This document shows positions 19,816 through 29,040 of a DNA stretch of 64,000 bases, one piece after another. Position numbers and translations under genes: made by a program. Position 1 is the first letter of the stretch, and each line of letters opens with the position of its first letter. The stretch comes from Candidatus Heimdallarchaeum aukensis (GTDB taxonomy: Archaea > Asgardarchaeota > Heimdallarchaeia > Heimdallarchaeales > Heimdallarchaeaceae), in the NCBI GenBank assembly GCA_021513695.1, contig CP084166.1, positions 1,088,001 to 1,152,000 on the forward strand. Direction: 5' to 3'. The notes beneath the pieces were generated by a model. The model did no database searches. It saw only the letters and a program-made list of their open reading frames with translations, and was not told the origin of the DNA.

Positions 19816-19961
19816 TGATTAAAAATGAATTTTAACTATAAGTATTTTTCTTTTATAATTAAAGAAAATAGTAAGAAGAAAAAGATTAAACAAAATTTAG
19901 AATAGATAGAAAATTTTAAATGAGAAAATAAAAAGAGAACTGTAGATAGAAACAGCAAATT

Positions 19962-20038
19962 GACCGGGTAGTCTAGCTTGGTACGATACATGCTTGGGGT
20001 GCATGTGATCCTGGGTTCGAATCCCAGCTCGGTCACCA
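19962..20038 (+). tRNA. tRNA-Pro (anticodon GGG), CCA encoded
   Basis: Cloverleaf: acceptor GACCGGG/CTCGGTC, anticodon stem CATGC/GCATG with loop TTGGGGT, T arm CTGGG-TTCGAAT-CCCAG, discriminator A, then CCA. Confidence 0.8.
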
Positions 20039-20385
20039 TGTATTATTCTCCAATTACAGCAAACATAGATGAAATATGCGAAATTTCTTTTTTTCATTGA
20101 ATTATTTGTACTATTTTTTTTACTATAAGATAAATTTACATGTAATTACTTATCTATATTAATGTAGTAAATATTGTTTGTTTAAAATCACATTATTTTA
20201 AGAACTATTATAAAAAATGTTGTAAATGATAATTTATTTTCTTGTTATTGAAAAATAGGAACAAATAAGGATTTCTTCATTAAGTACAAAGTCTTAAATA
20301 TTGAGCAAAATAAACACAAATAATTACACATAGAAAAAACTAAACAATAATGTCAAATTAAGCGTTGATACTCTATAATATGTAA

Positions 20386-20785
20386 TTGTCCCCAAATTTC
20401 CTTGCTTTGTTTGGCATTTGTGTTGGAATGAGTAGTATGAAACTTATCAAGGTATCAATTCTGACCACTTTATTTTCTCTATATCTATTTTTTTCAAGTT
20501 CACAACATTTAGTTTTTGCAGCTAATCTGGAACTTAATTCACAATTGCCGTTATTATGGACTTTTACAACTGACAGTCAATTCTATTCAAGCCCTGCTAT
20601 TGGAGATTTGGATGGAGATAACATATATACGTAAAACAAATCCTTGGAAATGGGATACAGATTGGGATACATTACCAGATGGATATGATATATTTCCCCT
20701 ATTTCCAGATGGATGGATCTATTATGGGATACTTGGTTCAGTTATTGTATTAGTTGTGGTAAAATTATACAAAAAGAAAAGATAA
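20386..20785 (+). pseudogene. possible frameshifted remnant of a surface protein (signal peptide ... FG-GAP-like SSPAIGDLDGDN ... C-terminal TM + KKKR)
   Basis: Two overlapping ORFs in different frames (82 aa and 89 aa). Together they resemble the N and C termini of a much larger anchored protein. The location is right beside a tRNA. Confidence 0.25.
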
Positions 20786-20901
20786 ACTAATAAAACAGAA
20801 TATTGGTCTATATCCTTGTTTGAAATACTAATCTGTTATCTATCATTTTTTTATGCTTGATAAAAAAGTGAATAGAATATCTGAATTCTTTTTTCTTTTT
20901 T

Positions 20902-21444
20902 TTACATTTTTCTTATTATTTCTATTGCTTCTTCTACTTCTTTTACTTTTATTATTTTTTCTCTTTCTTTTTCATCTATTTTTTCTTCTTTTGCTATTTT
21001 TTCGCTCCACCCACCTGATTTTTCTATTAATATTATTTTTTTACCATATTGCCACGCCATTGCTATTTCTGATAATGTCCCTGCTCCTCCTCCTATCCCT
21101 ACCACCACATCTGCGGACAGTACTATTATTTGATTTCTCGCGTAACTCATTCCTGTTGGTATTATGATATCCACGTATTCATTTGCTTGTTCTTTTTTTG
21201 TTGTCGGCAATATTCCTATAGTCATTCCTTCTCTGTATTTTTTTGCCTTTTTTGCTCCTTTACACACTTCTTTCATTATTCCGTCTTTTCCTCCACATAT
21301 TATTCTGCAATTATTTTCTACTAGTTTTTCTCCTAGTTCCTCTGCTATTTTTTTCAGTTCTTCTTTTATTTCTCCCCCTTTGCCTATTACTGCTACTTGC
21401 TTTATTTTATTCACCTTCGTCCCTCCAAATGTTATTATTTTCAA
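20902..21444 (-). CDS. LOG/TIGR00725-family Rossmann-fold protein (SLOG superfamily)
   Basis: IGGGAGTLSEI (PGGxGTxxE-like) motif and an upstream GGKDGIM block. Length is 180 aa. Confidence 0.6.
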   Translation of the reverse strand: MKIITFGGTKVNKIKQVAVIGKGGEIKEELKKIAEELGEKLVENNCRIICGGKDGIMKEVCKGAKKAKKYREGMTIGILPTTKKEQANEYVDIIIPTGMSYARNQIIVLSADVVVGIGGGAGTLSEIAMAWQYGKKIILIEKSGGWSEKIAKEEKIDEKEREKIIKVKEVEEAIEIIRKM

Positions 21445-21500
21445 AAAGTTGTCCTAGTTTTTATGTTTAAGCTTTCTTCTTTTCTTTATTTAATTATTCT

Positions 21501-22403
21501 TTAATTATATCTTTTTGACATTGCTTTCATTAGTTTTGCTTGGAACTTTGTTCTTTTGTTAAAGGGTATATTTAGCTGATATCTTTTTGTAAACAGTTTT
21601 TGCAATTCTCTATGTTCGTTATGGTACATTCCTATTACAAACTTTGCTTGTTCTTCAAGTAATGTTTCATAATTTTCATTTAATATTAAGTCTATATAGT
21701 AATCTAGGAAATATTTTTCTTCTTTTGCTATTTTTTCTACTTTTGACTGCTTATTTTTTACTATTACTTTTTCTTCTCTTGCTTTTTCATGTTTTCCAAA
21801 GAAGTACAATACGTTGTGAACTAGTTGGTTTTGGCATGTTTTATCTGAATACGAAATTAGGGAAAAGTCATAGCTTGCTTCGTATGGTATTGCTTTATCT
21901 ACTAGTGCTGCTAGTTCAATTAGTCCTTTTTCACTTAAATTTGGTTGTAATATTACTTTATCCTGTATCATTGCTGATACAACAATTTCTCTTAGAGTTT
22001 TATCGTCTATTTTTTCATAGATTTTGTTTTTTTCTTTCCTAAAATGCTTTTCTGTGAGAATTTGTGGTTCTTGTTCTATTGAATCAAATAAATCTGAATA
22101 AATTAGAGGAGAAGCATAATAAAATAATGAATTAAAATTATACTCTTCTGACGGAACTATTATATTTTGTGCAAGTGCTTTTGGTCTTCCAAACGGATCT
22201 ACCCCATCACTTCTTACTAGTTTTACTACTATATCTCCTGTGTTTTGCATTGTAAATTTAGAAACGTATTTTATATGCTTTTTTTGCTTGGATGACAATT
22301 CTGGTAGAAAAATAATTGAATTTTCCTTTAATTCTTCTGGAATATTGGCTAACCAGATTTTATATCCATACTTGTCATCTCTCTTAGTTACAACTTGATA
22401 CAT
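21501..22403 (-). CDS. hypothetical 300-aa protein
   Basis: ORF only. Confidence 0.4.
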   Translation of the reverse strand: MYQVVTKRDDKYGYKIWLANIPEELKENSIIFLPELSSKQKKHIKYVSKFTMQNTGDIVVKLVRSDGVDPFGRPKALAQNIIVPSEEYNFNSLFYYASPLIYSDLFDSIEQEPQILTEKHFRKEKNKIYEKIDDKTLREIVVSAMIQDKVILQPNLSEKGLIELAALVDKAIPYEASYDFSLISYSDKTCQNQLVHNVLYFFGKHEKAREEKVIVKNKQSKVEKIAKEEKYFLDYYIDLILNENYETLLEEQAKFVIGMYHNEHRELQKLFTKRYQLNIPFNKRTKFQAKLMKAMSKRYN

Positions 22404-22528
22404 CTACAGTTCATCTTTTTGATTTTCAGTTATTTTGCCTTTATTCAATAAATATCTTTCTCTTGTAAAAATTTTTCCTCTTTCTTTTTGAAAATATTCT
22501 TATAGTTTTTTTAGTTAATTAGTATATC

Positions 22529-23560
22529 TTGAAAAAGAACTATGATTTATCTGAATTATTTTCTGTTATCGACAATCAACTAGTTAACTCTCCTCTCAAA
22601 GCAATTGAACTTTTAGAAGATAATTCAGAGCACTTCGAGGACAATATCCTTTTTTTCTTGCGTTTAGGAGAACTTTATTTCAATCAAAAAAAATATGACA
22701 GTGCTTTACTTTCTTTTTCCCGAGCACTAGAGCTTGAACCAGAGAATGTGGAAGTATTATCACATATCAGTGATGTTTACATCAAGAAAAGAGATTACAC
22801 CCAAGCTGAAGTTGCTCTCCTAAAGGCTATAGAATATGAACCTAAGAACACTCTATTACTAAGTAAACTTGCTAATTTGTATTTTGATATTGGTAAATAT
22901 TACGAGTCTCAACAATTGCTCATTCAAGCAATAGAAGAAGAACCTAAAGCTGAATACTATTCTTTACTTGCTACTATCTATAAGAAAATGGATAATGATA
23001 TTGCTTGTTGGAACACTTTAGTAAAAGCAGAACAATTGTTTCCAGATGATATAAACATACTTAACCAGATTGGAGCTTATTATTTTGATTTGGACAATTT
23101 CTCAAAAGCTTTATCTTATTTTCAACGAGCTCTTTCTTTAGACCCTGAAAACCAGCATTCTCTTTTTCAGTTAGCAAAAACTTTTGAGAAAATGAACGAT
23201 CCTTACAATGCTATTGATATGTATTCAAAAATTGTAGAGATTAATCCTGATCATGCTTTAGCTTATTTTTATTTAGGAAAACTTTATTCTTCTCTTGGCG
23301 ACTTCGCTCAAGCACTTATTTGCTATTCTAAATGTTTAGAACTTGATCCTTCCTTCTCTGATGCTGCTTTAGATTTAGCTTCTATACACTGGGTATCAAA
23401 AGAATATAACAAAGCTTTATCTATTTTGAAAGAAGCATTAAAATTTTCAAAAGACAAGGAGATTTATAAGATGATGAGCAATATTTACGAAGAAACAGGC
23501 AATGAAAATAAAGCTAAATATTATAGAGAACTATCTAGAACAAATAATAACGAGGATTAA
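22529..23560 (+). CDS. TPR-repeat protein
   Basis: Multiple 34-aa repeats with the A/L/Y...NP pattern (e.g. ALSYFQRALSLDPEN, ALICYSKCLELDPS). Confidence 0.65.
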   Translation: MKKNYDLSELFSVIDNQLVNSPLKAIELLEDNSEHFEDNILFFLRLGELYFNQKKYDSALLSFSRALELEPENVEVLSHISDVYIKKRDYTQAEVALLKAIEYEPKNTLLLSKLANLYFDIGKYYESQQLLIQAIEEEPKAEYYSLLATIYKKMDNDIACWNTLVKAEQLFPDDINILNQIGAYYFDLDNFSKALSYFQRALSLDPENQHSLFQLAKTFEKMNDPYNAIDMYSKIVEINPDHALAYFYLGKLYSSLGDFAQALICYSKCLELDPSFSDAALDLASIHWVSKEYNKALSILKEALKFSKDKEIYKMMSNIYEETGNENKAKYYRELSRTNNNED

Positions 23561-23562
23561 GA

Positions 23563-23970
23563 TTGTTACTTCTTCCTATTGTCTCTTTTTCACAAGGACT
23601 AAAAGGTACATATCTTCTTTTCATTAGTCTAGACAAAAAATTAACTATTAACCTAAGTAATAAACAATTTTCCCTCGAAAAAGCTAACTATATTTATGTT
23701 GGGAGTGCTTTTGGCTCTGGAGGACTAAAATCTCGGGTTTCTCGCCATCTTTTAAAAACAAAGAATAAACGCTGGCACATAGATTTTTTGACTAGTTCTG
23801 ATCATTCTGAAGTTGTAGGAGTAGTTTATTTTATTAATCAAAAAATTGAGTGCTATTTAGGTAAGCTTCTTTCTACTTTCTCTTCTTTAGAACCTGTTTT
23901 TGGTTTTGGAAACTCTGATTGTAAAGAAAATTGTGATAGTCATTTATTTAAAATTGTAAAAAAGGAATAA
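23563..23970 (+). CDS. GIY-YIG nuclease-superfamily protein (DUF123-like)
   Basis: GTYLLFI then YIYVGSA ... SRVSRH, which fits GIY-x(10-30)-YIG...R...H. It starts 3 nt after the TPR gene stop. Confidence 0.5.
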   Translation: MLLLPIVSFSQGLKGTYLLFISLDKKLTINLSNKQFSLEKANYIYVGSAFGSGGLKSRVSRHLLKTKNKRWHIDFLTSSDHSEVVGVVYFINQKIECYLGKLLSTFSSLEPVFGFGNSDCKENCDSHLFKIVKKE

Positions 23971-24037
23971 AATGAAGTTTTAATGATACCTTCAAATATC
24001 TTTTTGGGGTAAGATTTAATAAACAAATAATAAAAAT

Positions 24038-24445
24038 ATGTTTATGGCAAGTGCAGTTGTCGAGCAATTACTTAATCTTGCTGTTGAAATAGTTCTATTC
24101 TATGCTGCAGCAGCGATTATAAGCGCTTCAATGTTTTCTAAAAAAGCTAAGAAGTGGAGTTGGGTTAACCTGATCATGGCTATTATTGTAAGCTTAGCTT
24201 GGACTTTTTCAATCAATCTCTTTAACGGGCGAGCCGCCGCAGCGACTTTCGGTATCATACTATTTATTATTTGTTTCTTCTTGTGGACTATTGCTGCTGA
24301 TGTTTCTGATAGACGTGCAGCATATGCAGCTCTCTTATCGCTTCTACTATGGTTCCTTTTCTGTTGGGTTTTAATTATTATCCTCCACTTATTCGAAGTA
24401 CACTTATTTGACAGTATACCTTACTTATTTAGCTATTTCACATAA
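24038..24445 (+). CDS. small 4-TM membrane protein
   Basis: Hydropathy only. Confidence 0.4.
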   Translation: MFMASAVVEQLLNLAVEIVLFYAAAAIISASMFSKKAKKWSWVNLIMAIIVSLAWTFSINLFNGRAAAATFGIILFIICFFLWTIAADVSDRRAAYAALLSLLLWFLFCWVLIIILHLFEVHLFDSIPYLFSYFT

Positions 24446-25859
24446 AGAAATCAACAAATTGGTTAATATCCAAAGAATAATTAATTTTATTCTTTACCTT
24501 TTTTTCTTTCTCATACTTATCAAAAAAAAGAGGAAAACGCTCTTTCACTGTATCAATGAAGTAAATAAGTAATTCTACCAACCTAATATTTAATTCACAC
24601 TCTATTTTGTTAACATCACCTTCAACAGCTTGCTTTTCTTTCCAATCAACACAAGGTCCTCCGCAAATATACCTTATGGGACAAGAAGAACATTCTTGTA
24701 TTAAATCTACAAGTTTCACTACATCGTTTTCAAGATCTTTCATGGACAAATTCTTTTTCCATTCTCCAAGTTTGTATTTTTTGTTTCCAATAAGGCTAGA
24801 ACAAGGATAGATTTCTGAATTTGGGCTTAAACTCAGAGCTGTTTTCCCTGCGGGGCAACGAGTAATCAGTTTTTCTCTTGATAATAGTCTATTCAAATAA
24901 CGTGAGATATAATCAGTAGGGCCGATTTTCTTTAAAAAGGATAGTAGTTCTCCTTCATTTAAGTTGAGTAAATGATCTACTAAATCTTCAACCCTTTCTA
25001 GAAAAGAGTCTAATTTTCTTTTATCCCATGCTCGATAATGATTATTATCTATTCTAAGAAGCCTTAAAGAAACATAGTCAAAATATTCTGAATAATAAGA
25101 ATAGAGAATGAACAAGTCTTCTATGTTAGGATGAACAGGTATAATTAAGTGTTTTACTACATTTTTCTTTACTAGAGACAAATTATCTATTACTCTTCTT
25201 TTTACTTTTTCATTTTCGATATCAAGTGTAACAGTCAAAAAACCATATTTATTTACAAAATCAATAAAACTTTGTTTTGGTGAAAAAAAGTTAGTGGAAG
25301 GGAGGAAATAGTAAATGGGAAAAGAGTATTTATTTTTAATCTGTTCAATAAACAGAACCATTTCATTAAAATATTCAAAGTTAAGCGTAATTTCACTTGT
25401 ATAGAAAAAGCTTATTCCTAGCGCTGTTTCTGATTTAGCTTTCCTTTTTAAATCTGCAAAATGTATAATTATTTCTTTAGCTCTTTCTACATCTAACTTT
25501 TCGTTCTCTTTTTTTCTCTCATTTCTTGCATAACAAAACCAACAATTTAAATTACATTCATTTGAAGGATTAATTACCAAATGGTCAAAAGTAACAATTT
25601 CTTTATCGAAACTTGCTCTTTCTTTCTCAGTTTCTACAATAAATTTTCTTTTCTTTAACAATCCCATTTGTGTTAGGATATTTTGATACTCTTTTTCTGA
25701 ATAATACTCCTTTAAGTCCTTTAAAGACAAAAATCTTTTCTTTTCAGAACATAACTCTGAATTACTAATTCTCCAAAAAAATCTAGTTTCAGGAGTATAA
25801 AGATAGGATTTACCATTATAAGAAAAAATCAAGATGTTAGTATTTTCTAGATTTAGCAT
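24438..25859 (-). CDS. radical SAM / SPASM-domain peptide-modifying enzyme with N-terminal RRE-like extension
   Basis: CNLNCWFCY (Cx3Cx2C) after a ~95-aa N-terminal extension. The C-terminal auxiliary cluster cysteines (CPAGKT...YPCSS...CSSCPIRYICGGPC) are typical of SPASM/twitch domains. Confidence 0.7.
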   Translation of the reverse strand: MLNLENTNILIFSYNGKSYLYTPETRFFWRISNSELCSEKKRFLSLKDLKEYYSEKEYQNILTQMGLLKKRKFIVETEKERASFDKEIVTFDHLVINPSNECNLNCWFCYARNERKKENEKLDVERAKEIIIHFADLKRKAKSETALGISFFYTSEITLNFEYFNEMVLFIEQIKNKYSFPIYYFLPSTNFFSPKQSFIDFVNKYGFLTVTLDIENEKVKRRVIDNLSLVKKNVVKHLIIPVHPNIEDLFILYSYYSEYFDYVSLRLLRIDNNHYRAWDKRKLDSFLERVEDLVDHLLNLNEGELLSFLKKIGPTDYISRYLNRLLSREKLITRCPAGKTALSLSPNSEIYPCSSLIGNKKYKLGEWKKNLSMKDLENDVVKLVDLIQECSSCPIRYICGGPCVDWKEKQAVEGDVNKIECELNIRLVELLIYFIDTVKERFPLFFDKYEKEKKVKNKINYSLDINQFVDFFM

Positions 25860-26059
25860 ACAGATCCTGTCTCTTCATAGTCAGCTTCTTCATCATCACT
25901 TTCTTCATCTTGCATAAAGAAAGCTACTTTATCTAACGCAGAATTTTTATCTATAAATTTGCCCAACCTTTTATTCTTTTTAGTATCATAAACCACCCAC
26001 CACCCATCGCTTTCATCTCTGTAAATTTCAAAATCCCCACACTTTTCCCTTTCTGACAT
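25853..26059 (-). CDS. 68-aa acidic peptide translationally coupled to the rSAM/SPASM gene (candidate precursor or DUF1508-like)
   Basis: Its stop overlaps the rSAM start by 7 nt. The C-terminal stretch is DEESDDEEADYEETGSVC. The N-terminal half (FEIYRDESDGWWVVY) resembles a YegP/DUF1508 repeat. Confidence 0.4.
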   Translation of the reverse strand: MSEREKCGDFEIYRDESDGWWVVYDTKKNKRLGKFIDKNSALDKVAFFMQDEESDDEEADYEETGSVC

Positions 26060-26250
26060 ATAGCAAAGTTCAGTTCAATATTTTAAAAATTTTTAGATAA
26101 CTAGCTTCTTATACTTACGAATAATTTTTATTAATTAAAACAAAGAATAGTAATAACAGATATTATTTAACTACTGTTAAGTAATTTAATTAAGATAAAA
26201 ATCAACTATATTTAGAAATTATCAGATAGTGTAATAAGGAGTAAATAAGA

Positions 26251-27762
26251 TTGACCAATGAGGAAATAGAGCAATTAAATCAAGTTAATTTGTTAATATA
26301 TCAAAATAAAGATTTTTTTTCTTCAGATATTTTTCCTACAGAAATCATAGAAGATTCAAAACGTAAAGAGATTAAAAAAGACATAAAGGAATTATTAAAT
26401 GTTGATTTCTTTACTAAAAGTGAGATTTACCCTCTTGTTAGTTATTTCAAGGGGTGGAACTATTCAACTAAAACTTTTTCTACCGAGAATCTTTTTGCGA
26501 TAAGAAAAAATAATGAATCATCTAGTTTGGTTAATATAACACTAATTAAAGAAGAGGTTAATTTAATTAAGTCTCTTCAAGAGATCGGTTTTATTCTTGA
26601 TACACTTGATGGTATTTATAATAAAATCGTCCTATTACAATCTCAGCTCTCAACAATGGAAAGAAGTAAAGAAGAAGAACCTTATTTAGAATTAGAAAAA
26701 AAACTCGACCTCCTTGGAAAATACTATCATTGGATGCTTTCTGAAGAGAAGTCTTTGTCTACTAAAGAAAAAGAAAACATAGTCCAAAAAACAATGTTAA
26801 CAACTGTTCTTTTACTTAGATTAAAAATTCGTTCAGATAGACTTCAATGTTTAGGTGCTTGTAATAAAACTTTCTCAAAAGAAGAATATGCTTCAAAGGA
26901 AGATTGTGACTGTAAAGGTGAAATTGTTTCTGCCCCACCATATTTTGAAATAACTGATATTTCATTTGTTTATCCTGAACAATATAGCGACATAATTCAA
27001 GAAGAAAGGGAATCTTCACCTAAAGGGATTATCGAAAAAGTCAATCGGGCGACTTTTCCTTATCCTCTATTATTATTATTGAACCAAATTAATCATTCAT
27101 ACTTCAGTAAAAATCTAATATTTCCAAAGTATAGTCTTTGGGAATATACAAGTACAAGAGACATAACAAAAATCAATTTTGACTTCTTATCGATAACAGA
27201 TACTGAAGCTTTCTTAGTAGCTTATGTTAGTGATTCAAGATTTTATCATGAAAATTTAGAATCCTCGGTAATAATTCCTGTTCTCTCAAGAAAAATAACA
27301 AGTAATCTTAAAGAAGGATATAGTTGGCATTCTACTATAGAAAATACTCAAATAAATCATTGGAAGATTACACCGTTCATTCCTCTCTCTGATATTAGAA
27401 AATACATGAAGTTAGAAGACATTCGATTAATAAAAGTTGAAGAAAAAACAGAAGAAGTTTTAGATAAAATAACTCAAGAAGAGGAAATACCACTTTCCCA
27501 AAGTCAATTAGAAGAAAAAGAAGATAATAAAGAGAAAATAGTTGAATTTCAAGAGGAGAGCATAACAAGGCCTTTAGAAAAAAAAGTTGTTTATGGATCT
27601 AGAATTAATGTTATAAAAAGAGAAGAAGAAAAAGAAGAAATAGAAATTCCACAGTTTGAAAGACCTATTGGAGAACAAGAAACTACAAAGCTGGAAGAAC
27701 AAGAAACTACAAAGCTGGAAGAACAAGAAGAACAAAAAGAGGAGGAAGAGAACAATGAGTAA
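26251..27762 (+). CDS. hypothetical coiled-coil protein with KE-rich C-terminal tandem repeat (TTG start in ORF track)
   Basis: ORF only. The C terminus is EQETTKLEEQETTKLEEQEEQKEEEE. The stop overlaps the next gene's ATG (ATGAGTAA). Confidence 0.45.
   Translation: MTNEEIEQLNQVNLLIYQNKDFFSSDIFPTEIIEDSKRKEIKKDIKELLNVDFFTKSEIYPLVSYFKGWNYSTKTFSTENLFAIRKNNESSSLVNITLIKEEVNLIKSLQEIGFILDTLDGIYNKIVLLQSQLSTMERSKEEEPYLELEKKLDLLGKYYHWMLSEEKSLSTKEKENIVQKTMLTTVLLLRLKIRSDRLQCLGACNKTFSKEEYASKEDCDCKGEIVSAPPYFEITDISFVYPEQYSDIIQEERESSPKGIIEKVNRATFPYPLLLLLNQINHSYFSKNLIFPKYSLWEYTSTRDITKINFDFLSITDTEAFLVAYVSDSRFYHENLESSVIIPVLSRKITSNLKEGYSWHSTIENTQINHWKITPFIPLSDIRKYMKLEDIRLIKVEEKTEEVLDKITQEEEIPLSQSQLEEKEDNKEKIVEFQEESITRPLEKKVVYGSRINVIKREEEKEEIEIPQFERPIGEQETTKLEEQETTKLEEQEEQKEEEENNE
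27673..27735 (+). repeat. 24-bp tandem direct repeat (gaacaagaaactacaaagctggaa x2 plus a partial third) inside the CDS
   Basis: Read directly. It encodes EQETTKLE twice. Confidence 0.7.
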
Positions 27763-29038
27763 AATATTTCAACTAACAAGTCATTTGAAATACGTTCCCA
27801 AAGACACTATTGATTTGATTAGTGAGTTTGATCAATTATTCTCATCGTTTAAATCTCAAATAAAGAAATTTATCTTAACTCAACCTACTTTTCTTCAAGA
27901 GATTAGAAATCAAATTAAATCAGAGATAGGATTCCTTTCTCCTCAGCAAAAGAATATGGCTTTAGCTTTATATGGTATTATTATCACAGAAGATATTCTA
28001 AAGGAATATTCTCCTTCTCAATACGTAAATGATATTTCTTTTCTCCTAGAAGCTACAGAAAAGAAGAACAAATGCACAGATGACGAATTTATTGGAATTG
28101 TTACAACCTACATCAATTGCTTAAAAGTAGCTCAAACATCTACTAATGCCGTTATCAACAGTTTCATTGAATTAAAAGGTGTTGGAATTGATGATGAAAT
28201 AATAACTGGAATATTAATCAGAAGATACTATTACTATATTTTTACTGAGATTAATGAAATGTTTGAGATTGCAGAGTTTCCTATTGATATAAGATGGATT
28301 ACAGCTTTGCTTGCTTATTCATTAGAAACAGCTGTTCAAAAAACAAAACAGCAGGATGATTCGAAATCCATTTCTGGGATTTATCGTAAGATATTAAACA
28401 AGTATCCCCCTTGTGATGGTTCAAAATATATTTTTGATTTGATTTATGAATTTGTAATCAAAGAGTACTATGACATATTAGATAGAACCTTCAAACAGAG
28501 AGCAGAACTAAAGAAAATTGAAAGAGGGCTTTTAAAGAAAGAAGACTCTTCTAAGGAAGTAAAAGAAGCATCCAAAGAAGAAGCGAAAAGAAAAACAGAA
28601 CATCTCATTACAGTTATTGAAAAGGCTATTTCTGAAACTTTGAAATTTAACAGGGATTTTGACGAAAGAAAGCGTAAAAATTTGGAAGCAAATATTGAAA
28701 CATCATTAAAAAGGCTAGCTTTTGACGAATTTGGTGTTCAAGATATAGCTGATGAGGAAAAATACATGACCTATCTGTTAGAAAGTTGGTTCAAGTTATT
28801 TTTAGAATGGCCTCAAATGGTTATTCCTATTATAAACTTGACTGCTTACTCACGATTCCTAAATGATCCTGTAAATTATATTAAAAAGCACAAAGATGAA
28901 ATTGAAAGGCAACTTCAATTTAAAATAAGAAGACAAATAGGAGGGGAAAGAATGACACCCAAGAATTTATCTGAAGCTTTTTCAAAACTACTTTATGAAA
29001 TTCTTAACAATTCTTCTGTTAGAACACTTACAATTTAA
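27755..29038 (+). CDS. hypothetical 427-aa protein (start revised to the ATG preceded by ggaggaagag)
   Basis: The ORF track begins at 27656, but those 33 codons are read-through of the upstream gene's repeat region. A GGAGG SD sits 6 nt before ATG 27755. Confidence 0.45.
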   Translation: MSKIFQLTSHLKYVPKDTIDLISEFDQLFSSFKSQIKKFILTQPTFLQEIRNQIKSEIGFLSPQQKNMALALYGIIITEDILKEYSPSQYVNDISFLLEATEKKNKCTDDEFIGIVTTYINCLKVAQTSTNAVINSFIELKGVGIDDEIITGILIRRYYYYIFTEINEMFEIAEFPIDIRWITALLAYSLETAVQKTKQQDDSKSISGIYRKILNKYPPCDGSKYIFDLIYEFVIKEYYDILDRTFKQRAELKKIERGLLKKEDSSKEVKEASKEEAKRKTEHLITVIEKAISETLKFNRDFDERKRKNLEANIETSLKRLAFDEFGVQDIADEEKYMTYLLESWFKLFLEWPQMVIPIINLTAYSRFLNDPVNYIKKHKDEIERQLQFKIRRQIGGERMTPKNLSEAFSKLLYEILNNSSVRTLTI

Positions 29039-29040
29039 AA

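Noticed and set aside
19836-20097. Two minus-strand ORFs (67 aa and 66 aa) spanning the tRNA-Pro locus
   Set aside because: They overlap a well-formed tRNA gene and its AT-rich flanks, with no motif support. They are spurious.
20853-21470. Plus-strand ORFs (104 aa, 64 aa, 97 aa, 75 aa) consisting of poly-Leu/Phe low-complexity sequence
   Set aside because: They are antisense to the LOG/TIGR00725 gene (20902-21444, minus strand). Its Lys/Glu-rich C terminus reads as Leu/Phe runs on the other strand, so these are artefacts of composition.
27656-27754. The first 33 codons of the ORF-track entry 27656..29038 (MKDLLENKKLQSWKNKK...)
   Set aside because: This is the alternative-frame translation of the upstream gene's 24-bp repeat. 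The real start is ATG 27755, with a GGAGG SD and ATGAGTAA stop/start coupling.
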